A DNA stretch of 64,000 nt from Dehalococcoidia bacterium (lineage in GTDB: Bacteria; Chloroflexota; Dehalococcoidia; Lucifugimonadales; UBA1127): positions 830,250 through 894,249 of the forward strand of contig OZ252245.1 of the NCBI GenBank assembly GCA_965249605.1. Reading direction: 5' to 3'. Position numbers and translations under genes: made by a program. Under the pieces are notes generated by a model that was not told the DNA's origin, made no database searches, and saw nothing but the letters and a program-made list of their open reading frames with translations. Each line of letters begins with the position of its first letter. Positions within the stretch are counted from its first letter, which is position 1. Below are positions 17,048 through 26,125 of this stretch, in pieces.

Positions 17048-18082
17048 CTACCTCCCGTTGCCGTTGGAGCCGGCGAGCCTCCGTTCAAGCAGTTCTTCCG
17101 CTATCTGCACGGCGTTCAGGGCGGCGCCCTTCCTCAGGTTGTCACCCACGGTCCAGAGGGTGAGGCCGTTGGTCAGCGCCTTGTCTGGGCGGATGCGCCC
17201 CACAAAGACCTCGTCCTTGCCCGCCGCAAATCCGGCAAGCGGGTAGCTCTTGTTGGCAACGTCGTCGACGACACGAACGCCGGGGAACTCGGAGAGGATG
17301 TCGCGCGCCTCTTCAGGTGACATAACGCGCTCAAACTCCACGTGAACGGCCTCGCTGTGAGAGACGGGCACGGGCACGCGAACGCATGTCGCGGAGACGG
17401 GCAGGTCCGGAAGGTGCATGATCTTCCGGGTCTCGTTCTCCATCTTGGTCTCTTCCGTCGTGTAGCCGTCGTCCGTGAAATCCTCAACGTGGGGAAGCAC
17501 GTTGAACGCCAGCGCGTACGGGAAGGTGACGGCGTTGGTCGACTTGTTGTCGAGCAGGTCGTGCGTCTGTTGGAACAGCTCCGTGATGCCCTTGCCGCCC
17601 GCGCCCGACGCCGACTGGTACGTGTCGACGATGACCCGCTGGATAGGGTTGGCTCGGTGCAGCGGCGCGAGTGCCATCAGCATGACGATGGTGGAGCAAT
17701 TGGGGCTGGAGATGATGCCGTTGTGCGCCTCCAGGTCCTCCGCGTTGATCTCTGGTATGACCAGCGGCACCGCAGGGTCCATCCGCCAGGCCGACGACTT
17801 GTCGACGACGACTGCCCCGCGCCTGGCGGCCTCTGGTGCGAGCTGTTTACTCGTCCCGCCGCCCGCCGCGAAAAAGACGATGTCCGTGCCCTCGAAAGCG
17901 TCCGGCGAGGCTTCCTCGACCACCAGCTCATCGCCCATGAAGGGCAGCTTGGTCCCAGCAGAGCGGCTGCTGGCCAGCAGCTTGACGCGACCGACGGGGA
18001 ACCCGCGCTCTTCCAGGATGCTGAGGACCACGCGCCCCACGGCGCCAGTGGCCCCAACGACGGCGATGTTAGCTCCGGTCAT
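17048..18082 (-). CDS. asd: Aspartate-semialdehyde dehydrogenase
   Basis: IAVVGATGAVG N-terminus, SPNCSTI active-site Cys block, SHSEAVHVEF. Confidence 0.95.
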   Translation of the reverse strand: MTGANIAVVGATGAVGRVVLSILEERGFPVGRVKLLASSRSAGTKLPFMGDELVVEEASPDAFEGTDIVFFAAGGGTSKQLAPEAARRGAVVVDKSSAWRMDPAVPLVIPEINAEDLEAHNGIISSPNCSTIVMLMALAPLHRANPIQRVIVDTYQSASGAGGKGITELFQQTHDLLDNKSTNAVTFPYALAFNVLPHVEDFTDDGYTTEETKMENETRKIMHLPDLPVSATCVRVPVPVSHSEAVHVEFERVMSPEEARDILSEFPGVRVVDDVANKSYPLAGFAAGKDEVFVGRIRPDKALTNGLTLWTVGDNLRKGAALNAVQIAEELLERRLAGSNGNGR

Positions 18083-18136
18083 GTGTGTATGTTCCTTTGC
18101 GATGTGGGTGCTGGAGCAGCGCTGGGGGGTGCGAGT

Positions 18137-18934
18137 CTACAGGTTGAGAAGCTTCTCCAGCCCTACTACGAGACCCCTGTATTGTACCACCTGCCGGATA
18201 GCAGTGAGAACGCCCGGCATGTAGCACTCGCGGCCTATGGTGTCGTGGCGAAGGGTGAGGGTCTGCCCCAGCGTGCCCAGGACGACCTCGTGGTGCGCGA
18301 GGCGGCCCGGCATGCGTTGCGCGTGAATCGACACGCCGTCGACCTCCGCGCCGCGGCTGCCCGGGGCGGGCTCCCGCTGCGGCATCTGCCGCGCGAAGGG
18401 CTCCGCTCGGCCCGCGACCAGCGCGCGGGCGATGGCGAGCGCGGTGCCGGACGGGGCGTCCACCTTGGCGTCGTGGTGCGCCTCCACTATCTCTGCGACC
18501 TCGAAGAAGCGCCCTAGCATCTGCGCAAGCTGTACCAGCAGGACCGCGCCAATCGCGAAGTTGGGCGCGACCACCACCCCAACGCCGTTCTCTCTGGCGA
18601 GGACGTCGATGGCTTGCAGTTCAGCCTCTGGGATGCCCGTGGTGCCCGCGACCCCGTGAACGCCGCGCTCGGCTGCCGCCCGCAGGGCGGCCGGGGACGC
18701 GTCGGCAACGGAGAAGTCCACCATCACGTCGGGAGCGCAGGCCTCGATGGCCGTTCCCACGTCCGTGAAGAAGGGAAAGTCAGCGGCAAGCTCCGAGGAC
18801 GCGCGAACGTCGACTCCGCCCACGGCGACCATGTCGGGAGCGGAGCGCACTGCCGCTAGCACCTCGCCGCCCATGCGGCCGGAGACGCCGTGTATGAGCA
18901 CTCGGAGCTGACTGCCGCTGGACTCTGTAGTCAT
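18137..18934 (-). CDS. dapB: 4-hydroxy-tetrahydrodipicolinate reductase
   Basis: GVSGRMG N-terminus, EIVEAHHDAKVDAPSGTA signature. Confidence 0.9.
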   Translation of the reverse strand: MTTESSGSQLRVLIHGVSGRMGGEVLAAVRSAPDMVAVGGVDVRASSELAADFPFFTDVGTAIEACAPDVMVDFSVADASPAALRAAAERGVHGVAGTTGIPEAELQAIDVLARENGVGVVVAPNFAIGAVLLVQLAQMLGRFFEVAEIVEAHHDAKVDAPSGTALAIARALVAGRAEPFARQMPQREPAPGSRGAEVDGVSIHAQRMPGRLAHHEVVLGTLGQTLTLRHDTIGRECYMPGVLTAIRQVVQYRGLVVGLEKLLNL

Positions 18935-18949
18935 GGCTGCTTACCTATC

Positions 18950-21175
18950 TCAGTCGCGATTGAAGCGCGGCGGGCCGCTGCGAGGGGGGCCGCCACGCCG
19001 GAAGTCCGGCCGACGGTCCCTGTCGAAGCCCGGGCGTCCACCACCGCCCCCGCCGTTGGACGGAGGCGCCGACGCCAGCGCGGCCTCAGGCGTGAGGCCC
19101 TGCAGCACGGCGCGGCGAGAGAGGTTGATGCGGCCCAGCCGGTCAACCTCGATAACCATGACCTGCACTGAGTCGCCGATGTTCACGGCGTCCTCGACGC
19201 GGGCCACCGGCTCCTCGGCGAGTTCGCCCAAGCGCACGAGGCCGTCCTTGCCGGGAAGGATCTCCACGAATGCACCAAAGTTGGTGCTGCGGACCACCTT
19301 GCCGTTGAAGATGGAGCCGATTTCAGCTTCCTTGGTGAGGCCCTCCACCTTGCTGCGGGCCAGCTCCAGCGACTCCTCGTTGGGGGAGCCGATGAACACC
19401 GTGCCGTCGTCCTGCACGTCGATGGTCGCCTTGGTCTCGGCGATGATTGCGCGGATGGTCTTGCCGCCTGGCCCGATGACCGCGCCAATCTTGTCGACGG
19501 GGATGGAGATCTTGATCATCCGGGGTGCGAAGGGGCTCATGTAGCCGCGCGCCGCCGGGATGGTCTGCAGGATCTTGTCCAGGATGAAGAGGCGGGCGTC
19601 CTTGGCCTGAGCCAGCGCCTCCCGCATGATGGTGGGAGTGATGCCCTTCACCTTGATGTCCATCTGCAGGGCGGTGATGCCCTCGGCGGTGCCCGCCACC
19701 TTGAAATCCATGTCACCCAGGTGGTCTTCCAGGCCCTGGATGTCGGTCAGAACGGCGTAGTCGCCGTCCTCACCCATGATGAGGCCCATGGCCACGCCGG
19801 CCACGGGCGCCTTGATGGGCACGCCGGCGTCCATGAGGCTCATGGTGCTGCCGCACACGCTGCCCATGGAGGTGCTGCCGTTGGAGCTGAGCGCCTCAGA
19901 CACCACACGGATGGTGTACGGGAAGTCATCCTTGTCAGGGATCATCGGTTCCAGCGCGCGCTCCGCCAGTGCGCCGTGGCCGATCTCCCGGCGGCCGGGG
20001 GTCCCGACGCGCCGGACTTCGCCGACGGAGTAGGGCGGGAAGTTGTAGTGATGCAGATAGCGTTTGGAGTCGATGGGGCTGAGGGTGTCCAGGCGCTGCT
20101 CGTCGCTGAGGGATCCCAGAGTGACCACGCTGAGGATCTGCGTCTGCCCGCGGGTGAACAGCCCCGTGCCGTGGGTCCGGGGCAGCACGCCGACCTCGCA
20201 GGTGATGGGGCGCACCTCCGTGCGCTTTCGCCCGTCTGCGCGGACGTCCTCCTTCAGGACGCCGTGCCGGAAGACCTGGTTGACCACGTTGTCAAAAGCG
20301 CCCGCCACTTGGGAAGCCGGGACGTTCTCGGCCACAGTTGCGGCCACTTCGCCTTCGATGATGCCTAGCTCGCGGTCGCGCTCGCCCTTCTCACGGCCCG
20401 CGAATACGGCCGACTTGATGCGGCCGCGGACCTCGTCAGTGATGGCGGCGACGGCCGCGGGTTCCGGCGCGGGCGGCGGCGTAACAGTGACCTTGGGCTT
20501 GCCGGCCAGCCTGACCAGCTCCTCGATGGCGGCAATGACCTTGGCGTTGGCGCGCTGGGCCTCGTCCAAGGCGTCCAGCACCAGGGACTCGGACACGACC
20601 TTGGCGCCTGCTTCGACCATGACCACGGCGTCCTTGCTGCCGGCCACCACGAGTTCCATGGTGCCGCGTGCAATCTGCTCATAGGTGGGGTTGACCACCA
20701 GCTGGCCGTCGACGTAACCGACTCGGCAGCCGGAGATGGGCCCATCAAAGGGGATGGAGGAGATGGACAGGGCCGCGGACGCTCCCACGATGGAGAGGAT
20801 GTCCGGGGGGTTCTCCTGGTCGGCGGAAAGCACGGTGGCCACCAACTGGACCTCATTGCGGAAGCCCTTGGGGAAGAGGGGCCGGATGGGACGGTCGGTC
20901 AGACGGGCGGCAAGAATGCCGTCGGTGCCTGGGCGGCCTTCCCTGCGGAAGAAGCTGCCGGGGATCTTGCCGACGGCGTAGTGCCGCTCCTCGTAGTCCA
21001 CGGACAGGGGAAAGAAGTCGATCCCCTCGCGGGCGTTGGGACTCATGCAGGCGGTGACGAGGACAACGGAGTCGCCAAGGCGAAGGGTAACGGAGCCGTC
21101 GGCTTGGCCGGCTACCCAGCCGGACTCGATGGTAAGCGTTTTGCCGCCAATTTCACATTGAACGGATTGGCGCAT
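18950..21175 (-). CDS. pnp: Polyribonucleotide nucleotidyltransferase (PNPase)
   Basis: 741 aa with two RNase PH domains, KH and S1 domains. The C-terminal tail is Gly/Arg/Pro-rich. Confidence 0.97.
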   Translation of the reverse strand: MRQSVQCEIGGKTLTIESGWVAGQADGSVTLRLGDSVVLVTACMSPNAREGIDFFPLSVDYEERHYAVGKIPGSFFRREGRPGTDGILAARLTDRPIRPLFPKGFRNEVQLVATVLSADQENPPDILSIVGASAALSISSIPFDGPISGCRVGYVDGQLVVNPTYEQIARGTMELVVAGSKDAVVMVEAGAKVVSESLVLDALDEAQRANAKVIAAIEELVRLAGKPKVTVTPPPAPEPAAVAAITDEVRGRIKSAVFAGREKGERDRELGIIEGEVAATVAENVPASQVAGAFDNVVNQVFRHGVLKEDVRADGRKRTEVRPITCEVGVLPRTHGTGLFTRGQTQILSVVTLGSLSDEQRLDTLSPIDSKRYLHHYNFPPYSVGEVRRVGTPGRREIGHGALAERALEPMIPDKDDFPYTIRVVSEALSSNGSTSMGSVCGSTMSLMDAGVPIKAPVAGVAMGLIMGEDGDYAVLTDIQGLEDHLGDMDFKVAGTAEGITALQMDIKVKGITPTIMREALAQAKDARLFILDKILQTIPAARGYMSPFAPRMIKISIPVDKIGAVIGPGGKTIRAIIAETKATIDVQDDGTVFIGSPNEESLELARSKVEGLTKEAEIGSIFNGKVVRSTNFGAFVEILPGKDGLVRLGELAEEPVARVEDAVNIGDSVQVMVIEVDRLGRINLSRRAVLQGLTPEAALASAPPSNGGGGGGRPGFDRDRRPDFRRGGPPRSGPPRFNRD

Positions 21176-21182
21176 GGGGAAA

Positions 21183-21208
21183 CCTCCTCTAGTCGTTGTG
21201 TGAGGAGG
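21183..21208 (-). promoter_or_regulatory. pnp leader hairpin pairing the Shine-Dalgarno with an anti-SD
   Basis: The minus-strand RNA reads CCTCCTC-acacaacgacta-GAGGAGG-tttcccc-AUG. This is a perfect 7-bp stem that contains the pnp SD. Confidence 0.4.
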
Positions 21209-21232
21209 AAGGGGCCGTCCGCGTGAAGGTGG

Positions 21233-21496
21233 TTACCTGCGGAGACCGAGGTTGGTCAAAAGGGCGCGATATCGTGTGGGCGCGGTGCTGCCGATGTAGT
21301 TCAGCAGGCGCCGGCGTTGCCCAACAAGCTTCAATAGACCACGCCGGGTGTGGTGGTCCTTTTTGTGGACTTGAAGGTGGCGGTTCAGCTCATTGATGCG
21401 ACCGGTGAGGACCGCAATCTGGACGTCGGCTGAACCGGTATCCGTCGCGTGGGTCTTGAAGTTGCTGATGATGGCTTGCTTTTGCTCGATGTCCAC
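21233..21496 (-). CDS. rpsO: 30S ribosomal protein S15
   Basis: 87 aa with [48 protein letters not shown]. Confidence 0.97.
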   Translation of the reverse strand: MDIEQKQAIISNFKTHATDTGSADVQIAVLTGRINELNRHLQVHKKDHHTRRGLLKLVGQRRRLLNYIGSTAPTRYRALLTNLGLRR

Positions 21497-21648
21497 GTTG
21501 CGTCGGGACCTATTCCTCTCTCATTCTGTCGCAGGGAGTATAGCATGCCCTTTTCCTTGTGGGAAGGGTCGGCCTGCAGGTGTTTCAGGGCGCGGGTCGC
21601 TGCTATCATTTGAGGGGTCCACTACAACAGCGACGGAGGTACGCATCC

Positions 21649-22536
21649 ATGGCGGCGGAGATCATCAGCGGGACGGAGATAGCCAAGCAGGTGCGGGCGG
21701 AGGTCGCCGAGGGCGTGAAGGCGCTTACGGCGTCGACGGGCGTCGCGCCGGGGCTCGCGGTGGTGTTGGTCGGCGACGACCCGGCATCCGCAGTCTACGT
21801 CCGAAACAAGGGCCGCGCCGCCGAGGAAGTGGGCATCTTCTCCGAGACCTACACGCTGCCGCAGGAGACGCCGCAGGACGACGTCGTCGACCTGGTGCGG
21901 CAGCTGAACGCCGACGCGCGCTTTCACGGCATCCTGGTGCAGTTGCCGCTGCCGCCGCAGGTGAACGAGGAGGCAGTGCTCTACACAATCGATCCGGAGA
22001 AGGACGTCGACGGCCTGCACCCGTTCAATCTAGGCCGGTTGGCCGCCGGGAACCCCACATTTGTGCCGTGTACGCCCGCGGGGGTGCAGGAGATGCTGGT
22101 GCGCTCCGGCCATGACCCGGCGGGCAAGCACGTGGTCGTGTGCGGGCGCAGCAATATCGTTGGCAAGCCCGTGGCGTTGCTGATGCTGCAGAAGGCGGCT
22201 GGCGCCAACGCCACCGTCACCGTCTGCCACACGGGCACCCGCGACCTCGGCGAGATCACGCGGCAGGGTGACATCCTCATTGCGGCTGCGGGCAGGCCAG
22301 AGTTCATCACGGCGGATATGGTGAAGGAGGGTGTCGTGGTCATCGACGTGGGCATCAACCGCGTTGACGACCCATCGAGAGAGCGAGGCTATCGCCTGAC
22401 GGGCGACGTCGACTTTGGGCCGGTGTCGGAGGTGGCGTCAGCAATCACGCCGGTGCCGGGCGGTGTCGGGCCGATGACCATCGCCATGCTGTTGAAGAAC
22501 ACGCTGCAGTCTGCGCGTCGCGCTGCGGGGGTGTAG
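21649..22536 (+). CDS. folD: Bifunctional methylenetetrahydrofolate dehydrogenase / methenyl-THF cyclohydrolase
   Basis: Start moved to ATG 21649 ([13 protein letters not shown]), with GGAGG at 21635-21639. Contains GRSNIVGKP and [11 protein letters not shown] motifs. Confidence 0.95.
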   Translation: MAAEIISGTEIAKQVRAEVAEGVKALTASTGVAPGLAVVLVGDDPASAVYVRNKGRAAEEVGIFSETYTLPQETPQDDVVDLVRQLNADARFHGILVQLPLPPQVNEEAVLYTIDPEKDVDGLHPFNLGRLAAGNPTFVPCTPAGVQEMLVRSGHDPAGKHVVVCGRSNIVGKPVALLMLQKAAGANATVTVCHTGTRDLGEITRQGDILIAAAGRPEFITADMVKEGVVVIDVGINRVDDPSRERGYRLTGDVDFGPVSEVASAITPVPGGVGPMTIAMLLKNTLQSARRAAGV

Positions 22537-22837
22537 CGGGCGCTGCACCTGCCACGACACTCTTGCCCCGTCGCTTCGCCCATCGGTACCCTCCCCGCAT
22601 GGGGTAGGCCTCCGCCGCGTGACGGGACCCCTGCAGGTGAGGTTGAATTGATGACCGGCATCGGAATTATTTTCACCGGGAATTTTTTTGAAATCCAGGA
22701 ATCCGTATTTGGGAACGAATCTCTCAGATACGAAGTTGACTGTAATAGTCAAATCCCCTGCCAGCCCCAACCTGACCTCCCTCTGTCAGCGCGGAAGGTT
22801 CATTCATGGGTCTTGCTTTGCGGGAATGGGGCGCAAC

Positions 22838-23149
22838 CTAGCTGGAGGCCACCCAGATGCCGCCGTCCTCCACCTTCACCGGGTATTTGGTGATGCCCGG
22901 GTCGTAGGGCGAGGCTTTCACGTAGTTACGGATGTTGAAGGCGATGCTGTGGCCCGAGCAGACGATCTGCTCCCCGTCGAGAAAGCCGGCGTCCAGCGGC
23001 CAGCTCGCATGAGGGCACTCGTTGCTGACAGCGATGACCTCGCCTTCGATGTTGGCGAGGCAGATCTCGTAGCCGTGGGCCTCGGCGCGCATGAGTTCGC
23101 CGGGGGGCAGGTCGGACGCGTCGGCGACGCGGATGTAGTCTTCGGCCAA
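22838..23149 (-). CDS. Stand-alone Rieske [2Fe-2S] ferredoxin
   Basis: 103 aa with CPH...CSGH ligand motifs. Confidence 0.8.
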   Translation of the reverse strand: MAEDYIRVADASDLPPGELMRAEAHGYEICLANIEGEVIAVSNECPHASWPLDAGFLDGEQIVCSGHSIAFNIRNYVKASPYDPGITKYPVKVEDGGIWVASS

Positions 23150-23383
23150 GGTGGCGCTCCTTCGGTGGTGTCGGCCCCCTGCCGCGCGGCCCTGCGAGCG
23201 GCCGGACGGGCCCGTCTCAGGATAGCAGGTTCAGGGCGCCGCGGGCGAGGTCTCCGGTTGACGCACCGAGCCCCAGGAATCACCATGGGCGGTGCGAAGA
23301 CAGGGGCATGTGACATAGTTTGTGACATCCTGTGAGTCTGAATGCGTAGCTGAAATTGGCCATTGCAGGCGAGGAGACACGGA

Positions 23384-23956
23384 ATGACACAAGATGCGGG
23401 CGGGGAGAAGTCGAAGCCGCGGACGGGCCGACGGAAAGCAACGGGCCTCGTCATCGTGAACACCGGCAACGGCAAGGGCAAGACGACGGCCGCGCTTGGC
23501 GTGTTGTTTCGCGCGTGGGGGCGCGGCCTCAACGTGCGTATGTTCCAGTTCATCAAGAACTCAGGCTCTCGCTACGGCGAGCAACGGGCTGCGGAGAAGA
23601 TGGGCATTCCCATGACCGCGGTGGGGGACGGCTTCACGTGGCTGTCCAAGGACCTTGACCACTCCGGTGAGCTGGCGGCGCAGCAGTGGGAGAACTGCAA
23701 GGAGGCGCTGCTGCACGGCGATTACGACGTCATCGTCATGGACGAAATGACGTATGCGTTGCAGTTTGGGTGGGTTTCCACCGCGGAGGTCATTGAGACG
23801 CTGAAGCAGCGGCCGTCGACATTGCACGTCATCATCACGGGTAGGGGCGCGCCTGATGAGCTCGTTGAGTACGCCGACCTCGTGACGGAGATGCGGGAGA
23901 TCAAGCATCCCTTTGCGGACAAGGGCATCAAGGCGCAGCCGGGGATCGAGTTCTAG
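23384..23956 (+). CDS. cobO: Cob(I)yrinic acid a,c-diamide adenosyltransferase
   Basis: GLVIVNTGNGKGKTTAALG P-loop and DEMTYAL motifs. Start chosen at ATG 23384 (GAGGAG 7 nt upstream) rather than TTG 23363. Confidence 0.9.
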   Translation: MTQDAGGEKSKPRTGRRKATGLVIVNTGNGKGKTTAALGVLFRAWGRGLNVRMFQFIKNSGSRYGEQRAAEKMGIPMTAVGDGFTWLSKDLDHSGELAAQQWENCKEALLHGDYDVIVMDEMTYALQFGWVSTAEVIETLKQRPSTLHVIITGRGAPDELVEYADLVTEMREIKHPFADKGIKAQPGIEF

Positions 23957-24016
23957 CGCGTCGTCGCGTCCGAAGGCGCTCAGATACGAATGCTGGGCCC
24001 TTTGAGGCCTGTTTGC

Positions 24017-24328
24017 CTAGCCCAGGTCCACCAGAATGTCGTCGCCGTCTACCTTTACAGGGAAAGACCGGGCCGACTCCTCGGGGACGCCGGTGCGCTG
24101 GCCGTTCTTGACGCTGTAGAAGTGGCTGTGGCCGGGGCACTCGACGCAATCATCCTCCAGAATGCCCTCGTGGAGCGCCCAGCCCTCGTGCGGACAGAAG
24201 TTGTCGAGGGCGTAGAACTCGCCGTCCAGGTTGGCAATCATGACTTCCACGTCGCCCACCTTGGTCATAGCAAGCATTCCGGGCTTGACGGCGGATGTCT
24301 GGGCGACTTTTACATAGTTCTCCGGCAT
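24017..24328 (-). CDS. Stand-alone Rieske [2Fe-2S] ferredoxin (paralog of 22838-23149)
   Basis: 103 aa with CPH...CPGH ligand motifs. It is the same length as its paralog. Confidence 0.8.
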   Translation of the reverse strand: MPENYVKVAQTSAVKPGMLAMTKVGDVEVMIANLDGEFYALDNFCPHEGWALHEGILEDDCVECPGHSHFYSVKNGQRTGVPEESARSFPVKVDGDDILVDLG

Positions 24329-24586
24329 GGAAATCCTCCGATTAGCGTGCTGCCGCCATACGATAGCAATTGTAGCTGAAGTTGTCCAATGGACCGCGAG
24401 CTAACCCGGCAAGCCTAATTACGTTCTCAATAGTGAGAGAGGCCTGCCACTGGCCCATTGGCGAATGTTCGTGAAGAGGAGGCCCACAGATACAAAATAG
24501 AGGATGGGACAATGAATCCTAATCGAATGCCATACAAACGCTCAACAAACGCTTTACTTATAAATCAGCTACAGGAGCGAAAAACC

Positions 24587-25600
24587 ATGAGCGCTGGCAT
24601 CGTTTTCTACATAGGAGCGGCCCTCGTCTTCCTCCTGGCCGCCTGCAACACCACGGAGGACGTCACAGGGCCGGAAGCCGACACGGCCACACCCAGCCCG
24701 ACGCCGACTGCGATCACCACCTCCGTAGGCCTTGTCACAGACACCCTCGTCGACCCGGTCGCGGTCGAACCCCGGACTACGGAGAACGGCTCGATGCCGG
24801 CCGTCGTGGATGTGCAGATCGACGCTATGGACATCGTCGCGGCAAGGGAAGAGGTGCTGGCCCGTATCTACGAGGACTCCTTGCCTTCTGTCGTCTTCGT
24901 ACGCGTGGTCCATCGCCTTGACCCCGACGACAGGCAGTTCGGCGGCGACTTCTTCGGTGGGATTCCCCGTGACCGCTTTGACGAGTACCAACACGGTTCC
25001 GGCTCGGGCTTTGTCTGGGATGAGGAGGGCCACATCCTCATCAACTGGCACGTGGTAGAGGGATCGGACAGCGTAAGCGTCGTCTTCGCCGACGGTGAGG
25101 AGTTTGAGGCTGAGCTCCTGGGCGGCGATCCTGATTCTGACCTGGCCATTCTGAAGATAGATACGGCACAGCGTCAGGTCAAGCCATTGCCGCGCGGGGA
25201 CATAGATGACCTTCGGGTCGGTCAGCTGGCGCTCGCCATCGGCAGCCCCTTTGGGCAGGACTTCACCCTGACCAGCGGCATCGTGAGCGCGCTGGGGCGC
25301 ACCATTCGTAGCAGGAGCGGCCCATATTCCATCCCGCTGGTGGTGCAAACGGACGCGCCCATCAACCCGGGCAACTCCGGCGGCCCGCTGCTGGACCGGC
25401 TTGGACAGGTCATCGGCATCAACACCCAGATCCTGAGCCAATCGGGGGCCAACTCCGGCGTGGGCTTCGCCGTGCCCATCGACATCGCGAAGCAAGTCGT
25501 GCCGGACCTGATCGAACACGGTAAGTACGAGTACGCGTGGCTGGGCATCAGCGGCGCCACGCTGACCGCCGATGTTGTCGAGCACATGGGCCTGCCGTAG
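24587..25600 (+). CDS. HtrA/DegP-family trypsin-like serine protease (lipoprotein signal plus protease domain), terminated by an in-frame TAG
   Basis: Start at ATG 24587 (AGGAG upstream) gives MSAGIVFYIGAALVFLLAAC (lipobox). Catalytic triad contexts are NWHVVEG, DLAILKI and GNSGGPLLD. The ORF ends at TAG 25598-25600, just before the expected PDZ domain. Confidence 0.8.
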   Translation: MSAGIVFYIGAALVFLLAACNTTEDVTGPEADTATPSPTPTAITTSVGLVTDTLVDPVAVEPRTTENGSMPAVVDVQIDAMDIVAAREEVLARIYEDSLPSVVFVRVVHRLDPDDRQFGGDFFGGIPRDRFDEYQHGSGSGFVWDEEGHILINWHVVEGSDSVSVVFADGEEFEAELLGGDPDSDLAILKIDTAQRQVKPLPRGDIDDLRVGQLALAIGSPFGQDFTLTSGIVSALGRTIRSRSGPYSIPLVVQTDAPINPGNSGGPLLDRLGQVIGINTQILSQSGANSGVGFAVPIDIAKQVVPDLIEHGKYEYAWLGISGATLTADVVEHMGLP

Positions 25601-25885
25601 GCGTCCCGCGGCGTCCTCATCGTAAAAGCCATCGAAGACGGCCCTGCAGAGGGGGCAGGCATCAAGGGCGGTGAGGAAGATGTGACCATCGAGGGTGAAG
25701 ACATTGTCTTGGGCGGCGACGTCATCGTGGCCATCAACGGCAGACCCGTGAAGGAGATGCATGACCTCATTTCCTACCTGGTCGAAAACACCCGCCCGGG
25801 AGACGAAATCGAGTTGGATGTCTTGTACAGCAACGGCGAGACGGAGACCATAACCGTCACCTTGGGGATCAGGCCAGAAAACTAG
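25601..25885 (+). pseudogene. PDZ-domain remainder of the HtrA gene, in frame after the internal TAG
   Basis: Same frame as 24587. ASRGVLIVKAIEDGPAEGAGIKGG...GDVIVAINGRPVKEMHDL is a typical HtrA PDZ. There is no further stop until TAG 25883-25885. Confidence 0.7.
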
Positions 25886-25908
25886 TTAGCTTCGGGCACC
25901 CCACCTCG

Positions 25909-25947
25909 GAGGAGGGCTGCGCAAGGGGCCAGCCCTCCTCTGAATTT
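25909..25947 (+). terminator. Rho-independent-type terminator after the HtrA/PDZ gene
   Basis: Perfect 11-bp stem: gaggagggctg (25909-25919) pairs with cagccctcctc (25930-25940), followed by tgaattt. Confidence 0.6.
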
Positions 25948-26125
25948 GCCAAGGCGCACTGTTTTCGACACAACCAATAGCCCTCGAACACCTGCACCAT
26001 CGTTGTGGAGGCCCGCCGCGTTCCAACCGCTTGGAACCATCCCGGCGCAAACGGTGTCTAAGTATGTGAGAGGCCGCCGGAGGGCATTCCCTCGGAGGCC
26101 CAATTCGCCCGGTAGAGGTGACACG

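Noticed and set aside
23245-23290. A possible cobalamin riboswitch. The minus strand reads ...GGTGATTCCTGGGGCTCGGTGCGTCAACCGGAGACCTCGCC..., and AACCGGAGACCTCGCC resembles the B12 box (AGCCAGGAGACCTGCC). It lies next to cobO.
   Set aside because: It has only partial resemblance with a 1-nt insertion in the box. I could not identify the conserved GGGAA / GGTGAAAATCC core. It would control a Rieske ferredoxin rather than a cob or btu gene. A covariance-model scan is needed before any claim.
25598-25600. Pyrrolysine decoding of the in-frame TAG in the HtrA gene.
   Set aside because: There are no pylTSBCD-like genes or methylamine methyltransferases in the window, and the position is a non-catalytic linker. 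A nonsense mutation, an error or simple read-through are more parsimonious explanations.
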